From the NCBI RefSeq assembly GCF_006345805.1, contig NC_042999.1, positions 4,588,001-4,652,000 on the forward strand: 64,000 nt of DNA. The letters are read 5' to 3'. This document shows, one piece after another, positions 12,394 through 25,777 of the stretch. The stretch comes from Octopus sinensis. Lineage: Eukaryota. Each line of letters opens with the position of its first letter. The stretch's first letter is position 1. A model generated the notes under the pieces. The model was given only the letters and a program-made list of their open reading frames with translations. It was not told the origin of the DNA and did no database searches. The position numbers were made by a program, and so were the translations under genes.

Positions 12394-13712
12394 CCTCACT
12401 CCGTTCTGAGTTTAAATACCACTGAGGTCGACTTTGCCTTTCGTCCTTTTGAGATCCATAAACCAAGTTGTGCACTTGGATCGATATAATCGAGAAGCCC
12501 CCTCTCAGAAAATTTCAGTTTTTCTGCATATAGTAGAGAGAATTATTATTATTGATGTTGTTTATGCCTCTTCCAAGAACCACTTTCGATTTCTCCACTT
12601 CGTGTAGCGACTAATTTTACACAAAAACTATCAGCAGAACTGGTTTGCTAAATGATTGATGTACAATTCAAGAAAGAATATTCTTAAGAAAGCCGAACAC
12701 TTCAAAGCTGGGTTCTTAGCTAGATGCTAAACTATTATAATTACAGTTCATATACTCTTTACTCTTTTACTTGTTTCAGTCATTTGACTGCGGCCATGCT
12801 GGAGCACCGCCTTTTTTTAGTCGAGCAAATCGACCCCGGGACTTATTCTTTGTAAGCCCAGTACTTATTCTTTTGCCGAACCGCTAAGTGACGGGGACGT
12901 AAACACACCAGCATCTGTTGTCAAGCAATGCTAGAGGGACAATTCATGCAAATATATTTAATAATCTACACAGTTGATATATTTAATGCAAATATAATTT
13001 TAAGCTATCTACAAATGCGACCAGGAAAATCAATATTAATCAATGGCTAATGTGCCAATTAACACTAGTTGAACTATAACTATTGTTTTCCATGCAGATG
13101 GCATCTATTGGTTATTTATTCCCGAAACCATCCCTATTTTTCGACATCAACCTGTGTAAAATCTTTTGCATTTCGTGACTCCTTGATATAATAAATCTCT
13201 GAACGAGATATAGGTTTAATTAAATGTATTCTCCATAATTAAAGTGACAAGGTCAAAATATACCTAGAGTTGTCTCCCGTACTTATTTATTTTTTTTCTT
13301 GTTTTTATATGTCGCAATTGGTGAACAATAGCGTCTGTGGTTACATGCTTCAAACAGGTTAATTTAATACATCAAACAACCATATAGTGGCCTCTCATGT
13401 CAACTCCTTTGACTCACATCAAGCAGAGTTATGACGAAATGTATTCCAGGCATGACAAACACATTTCAGACAATGAATCCTTCCATTTTTAAGACACTAG
13501 TAGGGTGGTTTGATTTCTATTTTTAGCAGACTAAGCAACCACATAGTAGTTCCTTTGTTGCTTGCTAATTATGTTTTGGGCTGGTTACTTGAAAGTTTAA
13601 GTTATATCGGAGTTAGCTTAGTCCAGTGTGATTCAACCATTTTTGTCCCACACACTACTTTCATTTTCCGCAAAAGGCATGCACCCCAAGAAACATAAGT
13701 TAACATATAGCT

Positions 13713-13776
<64 letters not shown>

Positions 13777-13971
13777 AATAAACGCGAATATCGAACAGTG
13801 AGAATGAGAGCCCAAGACCACATTGGTGAATAAATGTCCTTTATCTGTGGGTTAACAAGGCTACTGGTGGTTTCATGCAGTAAATTCGCTGCAATTATCG
13901 AGCCTATCACTTGGATAAGAATACAACGAAGCTATGTGGGATTTTGGAGTAAACAAATATACAGATCGTAG

Positions 13972-14363
13972 ACGTAGGAGTGGCTGTGTGGTAAGTAGCT
14001 TGCTTATGAACCACATGGTTCCAGGTTCAGTCCCACTGCGTGGCACTTTGGGCAAGTGTCTTCTACTATAGCCTCGGGCCAACCAAGGATTTGTGAGTGG
14101 ATTTGGTAGACAGAAACTGAAAGAAGCCTGTCGTATATATGTATATATATACATATATATATGTTATATGTTTGTTTGTCCACCCAACATCGTTTGAAAA
14201 CCGATGCTGGTATGTTTACGTCCCCGTAACTTAGCGGTTCGGAAAAAGAGACCGATAGAATAAGTACTAGGCTTCCAAAGAATAAGTTCTAGGGTCGATT
14301 TTTTTACTAAAGGCGGTGCTCCAGCATGGCCACAGTCCAATGACTGAAACAAGTAAAAGAGTA
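13972..14363 (+). mobile_element. SINE family A copy
   Basis: Full-length match to the family A pattern. Confidence 0.88.
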
Positions 14364-14861
14364 GAGATCATGGGAAACAACTCTAATTATTATTTCCCTT
14401 GCATTAATTCTTGCCACGTTAAATTTACAAATATATGTATGAAAATATGTCTATGCACATATACATCCATGCAGAATATGCACACTTGCAGCAGCATTAT
14501 GCATTTTGTTCATGTTTGAATGGGTGCACATAATTTTTCATATTTACACATAATTACGGAATTTCATATATTCTGACGTCAAACTTGATCCACAGAGAGA
14601 GTAAATTCATAGTGTTGTGGATTCCAAAAGTTGTGTATTTCATACACTGTCACGAATGTGTGTGATGCACGTATATCTGTGTAATGAGGGAGTTCAGCTT
14701 ACGTTTATGGTAGCATTATGCCTTTTATGCATAATGTTCATACAATTCAGGTTCAGAGAAAAATTCAGCCAAGTTGGAGGAGAGAAAAAGTAGGTGAAAG
14801 ATCCTGCTTGAAATTTCAAAGTGTGAATTGTTCACCCAAAACAATCAGATTTTAATATTGA

Positions 14862-15255
14862 CTAGCAGTATCGCCCAGCGTTGCTCGGGTTTGTTTTCTT
14901 TTCAACCCTTTAGAATTGGAATTTTTGAAAAGTAAAAATTTTGCATTATGTAGCTTGTTATTCTCTTTAAGTGAACATTTTTCTGGATGAAATACACCAA
15001 AAAATGGCGACACAGCAGTAAAAAAATCGTAAAAAATAGGGATTTTCATAGAAAAAAAACACCTTTTTGATGTAAATAATTTTTGGTGTTAACATGGTCT
15101 GATTTGATTTTTTTCTTCTACGTAAGGAAGAGCAAGCCTTCTTCTATCATACTCTCAATTTTGGTCAACTTGCGCCGCAGGGTCTCGGAGGAGATAGTGT
15201 TAGTTGAAGGCTACCAAACCTGCCATACACAGACAACTTCAGCTTTATATACATA
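14862..15255 (-). mobile_element. Non-autonomous Helitron-like element (minus strand, different interior)
   Basis: ACTAGCAGTATCGCCCAGCGTTGCTCGGG is the reverse complement of the family 3' terminus. Confidence 0.65.
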
Positions 15256-15264
15256 TACATATAC

Positions 15265-16310
15265 ATGAGCTGGCAAAATCGTTAGTAAGCTGGAAAAATG
15301 CAGTGTAGCATTTCGTCCATCTCCACATTCTGAGTTCAAATTCCTCCAAGGTGGACTTTGACTTTCATCCTCTTCGAGTTGATAAAATAAGCTCCAGGTG
15401 AGCACTGGGGTCAGTGTAATCAACTTAACCCCTTCCTGGAAAGTGCTGGCCTTGTGCCTAAATTTGAAATCAGTTTTGTTATTGTTGTTGTTAAGTCTGA
15501 GTTCAAATTCCACCAAGGTCGACTTTGCCTTTCATCCTTTTGGAATCAATAGATTAAGTACCAGTTGCATACTGGCTTGATTTAATCGACTGCCCCGCCT
15601 CCCCAAAAATATCAGGCCTTGTACCTATAACAAAAAGGATTATTATTATTATTATTATTGTTGTTAAGGTAGTGAGCTGGTAGAATTGTTAACAAGCCAG
15701 GCAAAATTCTTCTGTCTTTACATTCTGAGTTCAAATCCTGCCAAAGTGAGCTAGCAGAATCATTAGCATGCCAGGCAAGATGCTTTGCAGCATTTTGTCC
15801 ATCTCCACATTCCAAGTTCAAATTCCTCCAAGGTCTACTTTGCCTTTCATCCTTTCAGGGTCGATAAAATAAGTACCAGTCATGTACTGGGATTAGTGTA
15901 ATTGAGTTACCCCCTCCCTTGAAAGTGCTGGCCTTGTGCCAAAATTTAAAGCCAATATTGATTACTTAATTTATCAACCCCAAAAGGATGAAAGTCAAAG
16001 TCAACCTCAGCAGAATTTGAACTCAGAATATAACGACGGGTGAAATACTGCTAAGCATTTCACCCAGTGTGCTAACGATTTTGCCAGCTCGCCACCCTTA
16101 TAATAATAATGATAATAATCCTTTCTATTATAGGCACAAGGCCTGAAATTTATGGGGAGGGGACTAGTCAGTTACATCAACCCTAGTGTTTCACTGGTAC
16201 TATCAACCCTGAAAGGATGAAAGGCAAATTCGACCTCGGCAGAATTTGAACTCAGAATGCAGTGATGGGTGAAATACCGGTAACGATTCAGTAATCTCGC
16301 CACCTTGATA
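15265..16310. mobile_element. Cluster of family-B-related SINE copies, forward then inverted
   Basis: Four plus-strand copies (15265-15950) followed by two minus-strand copies (15960-16310) sharing the GAGTTCAAATTC / GCCTTTCATCCTTT core. Confidence 0.75.
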
Positions 16311-16324
16311 ATAATAATAATAAG

Positions 16325-16737
16325 GAAAAGGGAAGTTGACAATTAATTGATCCAGCATGTCCATTTGATTCCAGGATCACAAAGACAGATGGAAAACAAA
16401 AGAAAATATACAATCCCTTAAAATTTGAAATTATAAGAATTTGGAATATGAAAATTGTAAAGGTCGTGCCTGTTATAATGGATGCATTGGGAACCGTAAG
16501 CAAAGATATAGACAAATGGTTGAAGGAGATTAGAATGGAATGTCTGGTGAAGCTCTTACAAAACGTTTGTCACTTAGGGACAGTAAAGATTATCAGGTGG
16601 GTCTTAAGCACTTGAAAGACTATTGAAAGATTGTGGATGCCTAAGGTTACCCAGGTAGTAACCTGCTACCCATGTAAATTCTACAAGGATTGACAACAAA
16701 CCTGAGTCAAATTGACAATAATAATAATAATAATAAT
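16325..16737 (+). mobile_element. R4/Dong-like non-LTR retrotransposon 3' end (restriction-like endonuclease C-terminus) embedded in (TAA)n
   Basis: Open frame 16340-16615: QLIDPACPFDSRI...LKFEIIRIWNMKIVKVVPVIMDALGTVSK...LQNVCHLGTVKIIRWVL*; (AAT)n on both sides. Confidence 0.75.
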
Positions 16738-17137
16738 GGTTTCAATTTTGCCACAATGGCAGCAATTTTGAGGTAGGGGATAGGTCAATTACATTGACCC
16801 CAGTGTTCAACTGGTACCTTTTTTTATCAACCCCAAAAAGATGAAAGGTAAAGTCGACCTTAGCAGAATAATAATAATAATAAAACAGTACATGTGAAGA
16901 GGATGAGAGAAAGGGAGATGAGGTGGGTGGGTATTTTTGATTTTTTTTAGTCGTTTCAGTCATTCAACTGTGGCCATGCTGGGGCAGTACCTTGAAGGGT
17001 TTAGTTGAACAAATTAAAACCAGAACTTTTTTTAAGCCTAGTGCTTATTCTTTTGATCTCTTTTTACCAAACCACTAAGTTATAGGGATGTAAATAAACC
17101 AACTCTCGTAGCCAAGTGGTGGGTAACAACAAACATG

Positions 17138-17172
<35 letters not shown>

Positions 17173-17716
17173 CTATGGCAGGCTTCTTTCAATTTCCATC
17201 TGCCAAATTCACTCACAAGGTCTTGATCAGCTCCTAAAGTGCCATGCAGTGGGACTGAACCCAAGACCATGTGGTTGGGAAGCAAACTTTTTACCACACA
17301 GCCATGCCTGTAGAAACAAATTTTGTGTAGTTAAAAGAACAAGAATTCCAAAGAACTGCTGTACTTTTTTTTATTACTCAGAGTAAAAATAACAAGCAAT
17401 GAACTATACAAGTTTTTGTCATCACAATATTCAGTGTTCAAATCAAAGCAGCACAAATAAGAGTTTGGTTTATACAACATATGTACAGACATATTAGTTT
17501 TAGTAGTTTTGAGGTATAAGAAAATGGTATCGTTATTTTCATTGCTTCCCATGATGAAATGATTTTTATGGATATTAGTCAGAAATTATGAAAAATAATA
17601 AAACTTTTGTAGACTTCTCAGATTAATTTACAATCAATATATTAGGGAGATCAAAGTAAAAAAAAATGGTCTGGGGAGAGTCATTTTCTTTTTGTGTCTT
17701 ATAATGTAACACACTG

Positions 17717-17878
17717 ACCGGTAAAATTTCCACTATTATTTTTATTTTCCTAAAATTTTCGTTGCGTCTTGCAACCTTTTCAATAGTCTTGACTCTTGAA
17801 AGGCTATTGAAAAGGTTGCAAGATGCAACGAAAATTTTAGGACAATAAAAATAAGAAATAAGTGGAAATTTTACCGGT
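17717..17878. repeat. 162-bp imperfect palindrome
   Basis: ACCGGTAAAATTTCCAC...CGTTGCGTCTTGCAACCTTTTCAATAG versus CTATTGAAAAGGTTGCAAGATGCAACG...GTGGAAATTTTACCGGT. Confidence 0.85.
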
Positions 17879-18532
17879 GAGAATATGCTTCAACACACAG
17901 ACTCGTATAAAGAATCTTGCAAACCAAATCCAAAAATGAGTCTTATTCAATTTCATTTCTTAAGAAAATAAGGAGTCTATAAAAAAAAGATGGGGTTAGT
18001 TTATAAATCTTAGAACGTTATTTAGACAACAAGTCTAATTTCTTGGATTGCAAATCAAGTGAAAAAACAAAAATAAAATAAAAAATTATAATCAGCAGCA
18101 GAAAATTTAGATGTGTTCTTACACAGAGTTGAAATTGAATAATGGATGAAATTAAATAAAAAATATACTTCAATGATAAAACTGATTTCTTCATTCAAAT
18201 ATTTGGGGGGGAAATGAATCCAAAATAAATTCGTTTATTTTTTTAAAAACTGACTGTTAACTCCAAAAATGAGCAGATCTTATGAAATGAGTGTTTATGG
18301 AATCCATTTTTTGGTCTAAAAATCAGAAAAGACTGATGGTACACTTAGAGAAACTAGGAACCGTTTTGATTGGTAGAATCTGATAGAAAAATAAAAAGAG
18401 ATTCTTGAAAATAGGCGCAGTTTTAATCCACTCCAAAAGACTAATTAATTTAAAGATACAGCACTTGGTACAGTTCTATTATATATGACATAAACCACCA
18501 AAGAGAATTTTTGAAATCAAAAATCAAAATAA

Positions 18533-18756
18533 TTAGAACATGTAGGTTGCCACCAGCAGCATGTAGTCATCGTAATGCATAGACGCAGTTTCAGGTGAAG
18601 ATTGGCAGCGTTGTTTGAAAGAATTTGTCAGCAGGTGTAGCAGAAGACAAGAGTGGATAAAGCTTGCGATGTCCAGAGCAGGTTGACGATCAGCAAACTT
18701 CATCATAATAATGCCGATAGTTCTTGGAGATATGTTAAAACCAATTTGTTGGTAAG
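18533..18756 (-). CDS. PEF1: PEF gene terminal coding exon (EF4/EF5) with TAA stop
   Basis: Acceptor TTTTATATTTCAG; (A)YQQIGFNISPRTIGIIMMKF...FIHSCLLLHLLTNSFKQR...YDDYMLLVATYMF*; part of ORF 18533..18811. Confidence 0.9.
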
Positions 18757-18794
18757 CTGAAATATAAAAGAAAAAAAGAGTAAGTAAAATATCT

Positions 18795-19025
18795 ATTTCT
18801 TTACTACCCACAAGGGGCTAAACACAGAGGGGATAAACAAGGACAGACAAAGGTATTAAGTCGATTACATCGACCCCAGTGCGTAACTGGTACTTAATTT
18901 ATCGACTCCGAAACGATGAAAGGCAAAGTCGACCTCGGCGGAATTTGAACTCACAACGTAACGACAGACGAAATACTGCTAAGCATTTCGCCCGGCGTGC
19001 TAATGTTTCTGCCAGCTCGCCGCCT
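18795..19025 (-). mobile_element. SINE family B copy just upstream of the last PEF acceptor
   Basis: Reverse complement of the family B consensus. Confidence 0.85.
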
Positions 19026-20191
19026 TTAAAATATCACCAACAAAAAATTTTAATCAATTTCATTTCACTCAATGAATATTATTTTCATGTTTTGGCACAA
19101 TGCCAGCAATTTCATGAGAGGGGTCAGTGGATTACATCAACCCCAATGTTCAACTGGTAAATTATTTAATAAACCTTGAAAGGGCAAAAGACAAAATCAA
19201 CCTCAGTGAAATTTGAACTCAGAATGTAAAGTTGGCAGAACTACTGCTACGTTTTTCCTGACATGATGGCCACTAAAGACATCAAGTTCTATGTCAATGT
19301 GAGAAACCATGATATTTCATGAGGATTTATATAGGAAAGAATGTTATAAACGAATGTGGAGTTAAACTAAAGCCATTAATCGAAGCAACTAGCAGAACTG
19401 TTAGCACACCAGACAAAATGGTTCGAGACATTCCTCCTGCTTCACATTCTACGTTCAAATTCTGCAGAGGTCGACTTTGCCTTTCATCTCTTCAGGGTCG
19501 ATAAAATAAGTACCAGTTGAGCACTGGGTTCAATGTAATCGAGTAGCATCCTTCCACAAAATTTCAGGCCTTGTGACTCTAGTAGAGGGAACAAAGCAAA
19601 TGCTTACAGTTGTCTCCCTTATATCAACTTTTGTCTCATTTGTTGGCCACCAAACAAAAGGCTTTGCTGTCAAGAAAACAATTACTCTCTTACTCTTTTA
19701 CTCGTTTCAGTCATTTGACTGCGGCCATGCTGGAGCACCGCCTTCAGTCGAGCAAATCGACCCCGGGACTTATTCTTTGTAACCCCAGTACTTATTCTAT
19801 CGGTCTCTCTTGCCGAACCGCCAAGTGACGGGGACGTAAACACACCAGCATCGGTTGTCAAGCAATGCTAGGGGGACAAACAGACACACACATATATACA
19901 TATTTATGTATATAGCAGAAGACACTTGCCCAAGATGCCTCGCAGTGGGACTGAACCCGGAACCATGTGGTTGGTTAGCAAGCTACTTACCACACAGCCA
20001 CTCCTGCGCCTATTAAATGAAGTAATGTAATTATGAAGTTACTTGAGTTTACCCTGTGAAGATGTGTAGCCCCTGGTGGCCAGGGTTGTTGAAACGCTAT
20101 GAATCGAAAGAGAAAAAAAAAAGAGAAACGTGGGGGATGGCTAGTCAACACGTTTGTCTCTCTTATGTTTTACTTGTTTCAGTCACTAGAT

Positions 20192-20358
20192 CAGTGCTTT
20201 TCAACCTTTTTGCTGGAGCGGAACCCCAAGGAAATATTCCACCGGCTCGAGGAACCCCTGTGCAATAATTTAATAGTCTTCTGCACAGGAGAATTAAAAA
20301 TTACTGTCGATTTTAGCAGTTTTGTAACTTCTTGCGGAACCCTGGTTGAAAACCACTG
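20192..20358. mobile_element. hAT (Charlie-type) MITE, 167 bp
   Basis: TIRs CAGTGCTTTTCAACC / GGTTGAAAACCACTG; perfect 8-bp TSD CACTAGAT (20184-20191 and 20359-20366); inserted into a SINE remnant. Confidence 0.9.
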
Positions 20359-20489
20359 CACTAGATTATGGCCATGATGGGGCATCACATCAAAAAATTT
20401 TTGTTGAATGAATTTATGCCAGAACGTAGTTTTTTTAGCCTGGTACTTATTCTATCAGTCTCTTTTGCCAAACCAATGGACACAAATAC

Positions 20490-20494
<5 letters not shown>

Positions 20495-20574
<80 letters not shown>

Positions 20575-20575
20575 T
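20495..20575. repeat. (TA)n(CA)n microsatellite
   Basis: Direct observation. Confidence 0.95.
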
Positions 20576-20901
20576 ACATACAATTGCAGCAAGGAAGGTG
20601 TTTATAAGCCATTTAAGAAACACACAAAAACCGTTAGATTCACTTCAACATTTAAATTTAATTTGCCAAAATATTTTCGTCGCTTTGAGACCGTGACCTG
20701 ATCACTGACAAAATTCCGAGATGCACAGAATTTTGTCAGTGAACAGGATTTTGTCAGTTGGCAGGATTTGAACTCAGAATGTAAAGAGATAAAACAAAGC
20801 ATTGAAAAGAATTTTGGTCACCTCTCCACCATCCTTCAACAAAATGATAAAATTTTGGAATAAGAGAAAAAAATTGCTCAACCAAAATTAGCATTACTCA
20901 C

Positions 20902-21045
20902 CAGTTTGTAATTCTCCCATACCAATTTTTCCAGAACGAGTTGGATCGAATCTGTTAAAAACAACCTGCATATCTTGGAGAAATTTCCAGAGATGTTGGA
21001 ACTGGATCAAGTCAATCGTGTCACTGTGGTCTTTAGAAAACATTG
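20902..21045 (-). CDS. PEF1: PEF gene exon 4 (EF2 and EF3)
   Basis: Polypyrimidine tract plus TAG acceptor, donor GTGAGT; 144 nt; (S)MFSKDHSDTIDLIQFQHLWKFLQDMQVVFNRFDPTRSGKIGMGELQT. Not in the ORF track. Confidence 0.92.
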
Positions 21046-21331
21046 CTAGACATTCGGAAAACAAAAAAGAAAAAAAATTAAATTTTAGAAATATTATAGA
21101 TATGGTAAGGTTTAATACTTTCGTTAGTATTTTATTAGTAATTAAAATACATTCCCTATGTATTTGGATTAAATTCTAAAATAATTGAAAATTCAGATTG
21201 GTTTTGTTAAAAATAATTTATTAATAACTTAACCCCTTTATTACCATATTTCAGTTGAAACATAAAACCTTTGTTTTAATTAATTAAGAAAATAATGAAG
21301 AATTTAGTCAAATAACTATGTCATTATTAAC

Positions 21332-21718
21332 TCTTTACTCTTTTACTTGTTTCAGTCATTTGACTGCGGCCATGCTGGAGCACCGCCTTTAGTCGAGCAA
21401 ATCGACCCCGGGACTTATTCTTTGTAAGCCCAGTACTTATTCTATCGGTCTCTTTTGCCGAACCGCTAAGTGATGGGGACGTAAACACACCAGCATCGGT
21501 TGTCAAGCAATGCTAGAGGGACAAACACAGACATATATATATATACATATATACGACAGGCTTCTTTCAGTTTCCGTCTACCCAACCCACTCACAAGGCT
21601 TTGGTCGGCCCGAGGCTATGACAGAAGACATTTGCCCAAGATGCCATGCAGTGGGACTGAACCCAGAACCATGTGGCTGGTTAGCAAGCTACTTACCACA
21701 CAGCCACTCCTGCGCCTA
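21332..21718 (-). mobile_element. SINE family A copy
   Basis: Full-length match to the family A pattern. Confidence 0.88.
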
Positions 21719-21814
21719 TCAACCATTTTATATTAATATAATTCTGTTGAAATACACTGCCGTTGCACTGGTTAATTTTGAAATGAAGAATCTAGTACAA
21801 TAACAGTTTCACTT

Positions 21815-22563
21815 GGTTCGATGGGTCTTGAGAGAAAAGTTGGGCATAAGAGGCATCAGATGTGGTTTGTAAGAGAGACGACTGTGTTGGTATGGACATG
21901 TGATGCATATGGACGAGGACAACTGTGTGAAGAAGTGCTGATCTCTAACTGTGGATGGAACATGTGGTAGAGGTAGACCCAGGAAGACATGGAATGAGGT
22001 GGTGAAGCATGATCTTTGAACATTGGGCCTCACGGAGGCAATGACTAGTGACCAAGACCTTTGTTGATATGCCATGCTTGAGAAGATCCATCAATCTAAG
22101 TAAAATCATAGTTGTTGGCTGTTGTCAGTGCTGGTGGCACATAAAAAGTACCTCTTGAGTGTTGGGCCTCATGCAGGCAATGTGGCCGATGCCAGCGTCA
22201 CGCAACTAGCACCTGGGCTGGCGTCACCCAGCTAGCACTTGTGCCAGTGTCATGCAGCTAGCACCTGTGCTGGTGGCATGTAAAAAGCACTTTCAAGTGT
22301 TGGTCCTCACAGAGGCAATGACAAATGAGCAAGACCTTCAGCAACATGCTATGATTGATTAGAAGACTCATTAAACCAAGTGAAATTGCAGTTGAGGCAG
22401 ATACTGGTGTCATGCAACAGGCACACTCTCGGAGTGGTTGGCATTAGGAAGTGCACCCAGCCATAGAAACCATACGAAATCAAACTGAAGTCTGGTGCAA
22501 TCCCTCAGCTTGCCAACCCTGATCAAAACGTCCAACCCATGCCAGCATTAAATGCTGATGATG
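21815..22563 (+). mobile_element. RTE LINE 3' fragment
   Basis: LREKLGIRGIRC...GHVMHMDED...GRGRPRKTW matches the 1070-3498 element; GATGATG tail. Confidence 0.8.
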
Positions 22564-22564
22564 G

Positions 22565-22760
22565 AAGCTGAGGTAGGAGCTCTCTGAACTTTGCCCAGGC
22601 TATTCTTATTGTAGCAACTACACTTTCAGAGCATGTACCCCTGCTACTGACTTGGTCACCTAGGTAACGGAAGCTATCAACAACTTCTAGTTTTTCTCCC
22701 TGGAATGTGGCAGAAGTTGTTCTCTGCACATTTTCAGTGTTTATTGCTCCTGAGCATCTG
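22565..22760 (-). mobile_element. Inverted RTE RT fragment
   Basis: TFQGEKLEVVDSFRYLGDQVSS...RIAWAKFRELLP (ORF 22523..22729). Confidence 0.8.
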
Positions 22761-23733
22761 CCACATCCAAAAACTATCTTCCCAGTTAGCTTTCCTTTGA
22801 CATTGCTGCACCTCTTATGTGTCCATAGCTTACACTGGGTACATCTTATAGAGTTTCTACCTACGCCTTTTCTACAGATCGATATAATATATACGATGGG
22901 CTTCTTTCAGTTTCCGTCTACCAAATTCACTCACGAGGCTATAGCAGAAAACACTTGCCCAAGGTGCCACACAATGGGATTGAACCCAGAACCATGTGGT
23001 TGGTAAGCAAGCTACTTACCACAACATCCACTCCTGCACCTATTAATTATATTGCATAACTTTTTAAACATTTAGTTTTATATTTATAGCAAAACTGTCC
23101 TAATTTCACCCAATTTGTCTTCCTGTTTACATAACAGAAAGACAAACTGGAATGAATTTAGGACATTTTGCCATAAATAGAAAAATAAACATTATATAAA
23201 AATTAGTTTGCTCCAAATTATCATATTGACCTCTTAAGTACAAACAAAACTAAAGCTGATCAAAGGGTTACAAGTCATTAACCCTTTAGTGTTTGCATTA
23301 TTCTGCCAAAATGAATCCTTTTTTATCCACATTGCCTTGAACTAATCAGGCATTATATTGGTGCTATGAGATTTTGATGAGGTAGCTGTTAATTTTTAAA
23401 ACGATATTGTAGGGTTGGTGTGAAAGACCAGATCTGGCCAGTCTGAACATAAAACAGGTAGAATACTTTTGGCCGGATATGGCCGGTTTAAATGCTAAAG
23501 GGTTAAAATCACTGATTGGGGTCCAGTTTTTACTAAAAGTTTCAAAAGAGAAATGTTTTGATTTTATTCCCTGGACATTATCATTATAACACCGTCAACG
23601 TCACTCCAACTTGTTCACACTATCACAAACTAAAACACCGGCTCCAAAGTCCACCTAGGTTTTAAGCTTCTTTTATCTTTATTTCCTCACCAGATTTCAC
23701 AAGGCCACACGATTAAAAATAAGAAATACTTAC

Positions 23734-23889
23734 ATATCATTAAATGAGCTGATTTATCATTTGAATGCTTCCAGTTGCCATAAATTAAGGCCTGTTGTAA
23801 TTCTTTGGCTGAAATTTTCCCAGAATGGTCAGCATCAACACTTATGAACCAGTTATATACTTCGGGGTCAATGCCTGGAGGTACCGTGG
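23734..23889 (-). CDS. PEF1: PEF gene exon 3 containing EF-hand 1 ([12 protein letters not shown])
   Basis: Acceptor TTTCTAG, donor GTAAGT; 156 nt, phase 1-1; translation [51 protein letters not shown]. Confidence 0.93.
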
Positions 23890-23914
23890 CTAGAAATATA
23901 TTGAAAAGAATATA

Positions 23915-24091
23915 GATATATATGTGTGTATGTGTGTGTATATATATGTGTGTGTGTATATATATATATACATACACATACATAATGTATGTATGTGTAT
24001 ATATATATATGTGTGTGTGTGTGTATATATATATGTACATAATGTATGTATGTATATATATATATATATATATATATACATAATGTATGTA

Positions 24092-24122
<31 letters not shown>

Positions 24123-25574
24123 ATGTATGTATGTATGTATATATATATACATAATGTATGTATCATCATCATCATCATCATCATCGTTTAGCGTCCGTTT
24201 TCCATGCTAGCATGGGTTGGACGGTTCTACTGGGGTCTGTGAAGCCAGAAGGCTTCATCAGGCCCAGTCAAATCTGGCAGTGTTTCTACGGCTGGAATGC
24301 CCTTCCTACGCCAACCACTCCGTGAGTGTAGTGGGTGCTTTTTACGTGCCACCCGCACTGGTGCCAGACAGAGCTGGCAAACGGCCACGAACGGATGATG
24401 CTTTTTATGTGCCACCGGCACGAGGGCCAGGCGAGGCTGGCAACGGACACGAAACGGGGCGGTGCTGGCAACGGTCGCAAAACGGAAAGTTCTCTTACAT
24501 GCCACCGGCACTGGTAACACATCTGCAATTTCCATTGATCGATTTCGATTCTGATCGTCACTTGCCTCAACGGGTCTTCACAAGCAGAGTTTTGACATGC
24601 CACCGGCACTGGTAGCACATCCGCAATTTCCATTGATCGATTTCGATTCTGATCCTCACTTGCCTCATCACGTCTTCACAAGTAGAGTTTTGTGTCCCAA
24701 GAAGGGAAGGTATGCATACGTAGGCTGGCTCCATCCCATGTAGAAGGCCACGGTTATGGACTCACTTGTCCTGCCGGGTCTTCTCACGCACAGCACACTT
24801 CCAGAGGTCTCGGTCTCTAGTGATTTCCTCAGTGAGACCTAAAGTTCGAAGGTCGTGCTTCACCACCTCGTCCCAGGTTTTCCTGGGTCTGCCTCTTCCA
24901 CAGGTTCCCTCAACCGCTAGGGTGTGGCACTTTTTCACACAACTATCTTCATCCATTCTCGCCACATGACCATACCAGCGCAAACGTCTCTCTTGCACAC
25001 CACAACTGATGCTTCTTAGGTCCAGCTTTTCTCTCAAGGTACTTACACTCTGCCGAGTGTGAGTACCGGCATTACACATCCATCGAAGCATACTGGCTTC
25101 ATTTCTAGCGAGCTTACGCATATCCTCAGCAGTCACGGCCCATGTTTCACTGCCATGTAGCATGGCTGTTCGTACACACGCATCATACAGTCTGCCTTTC
25201 ACTCTGTGCGAGAGCCTTTTGTCACCAGCAGAGGTAAGAGCTCTCTGAACTTTGCCCAAGCTATTCTTACTCTAGCAGTTACACTTTCAGCACACCCGCC
25301 CCCGCTGCTGACTTGGTCACCTAGGTAACGGAAACTATCAACTATTTCTAGTTTTTCTCCCTGGAAAGTGACGGAAGTTGGTCTCAGAGCATTTTCAGTG
25401 TTTATTGTTCCTGAGCATCTGCCGCATATGTACATAATGTATGTATTTATATATATATATACATATGTATGTATGTATGTATAATATATATATACATAAT
25501 GTATGTATGTATAATATATATATATATATATACATAATGTATGTATATATATATATATATATACATAATGTATG

Positions 25575-25614
<40 letters not shown>

Positions 25615-25715
25615 ATGTATGTATGTATGTATATATATACATATATATACACACACACACACACACAAAGAATTACTCTGTGTGTGTGTATATATATATA
25701 CATAATGTATGTATG

Positions 25716-25777
<62 letters not shown>

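Noticed and set aside
21815-22760. Twin-priming inversion explanation for the adjacent opposite RTE fragments
   Set aside because: The fragments are tail-to-tail, whereas twin priming puts the inverted piece at the 5' side.
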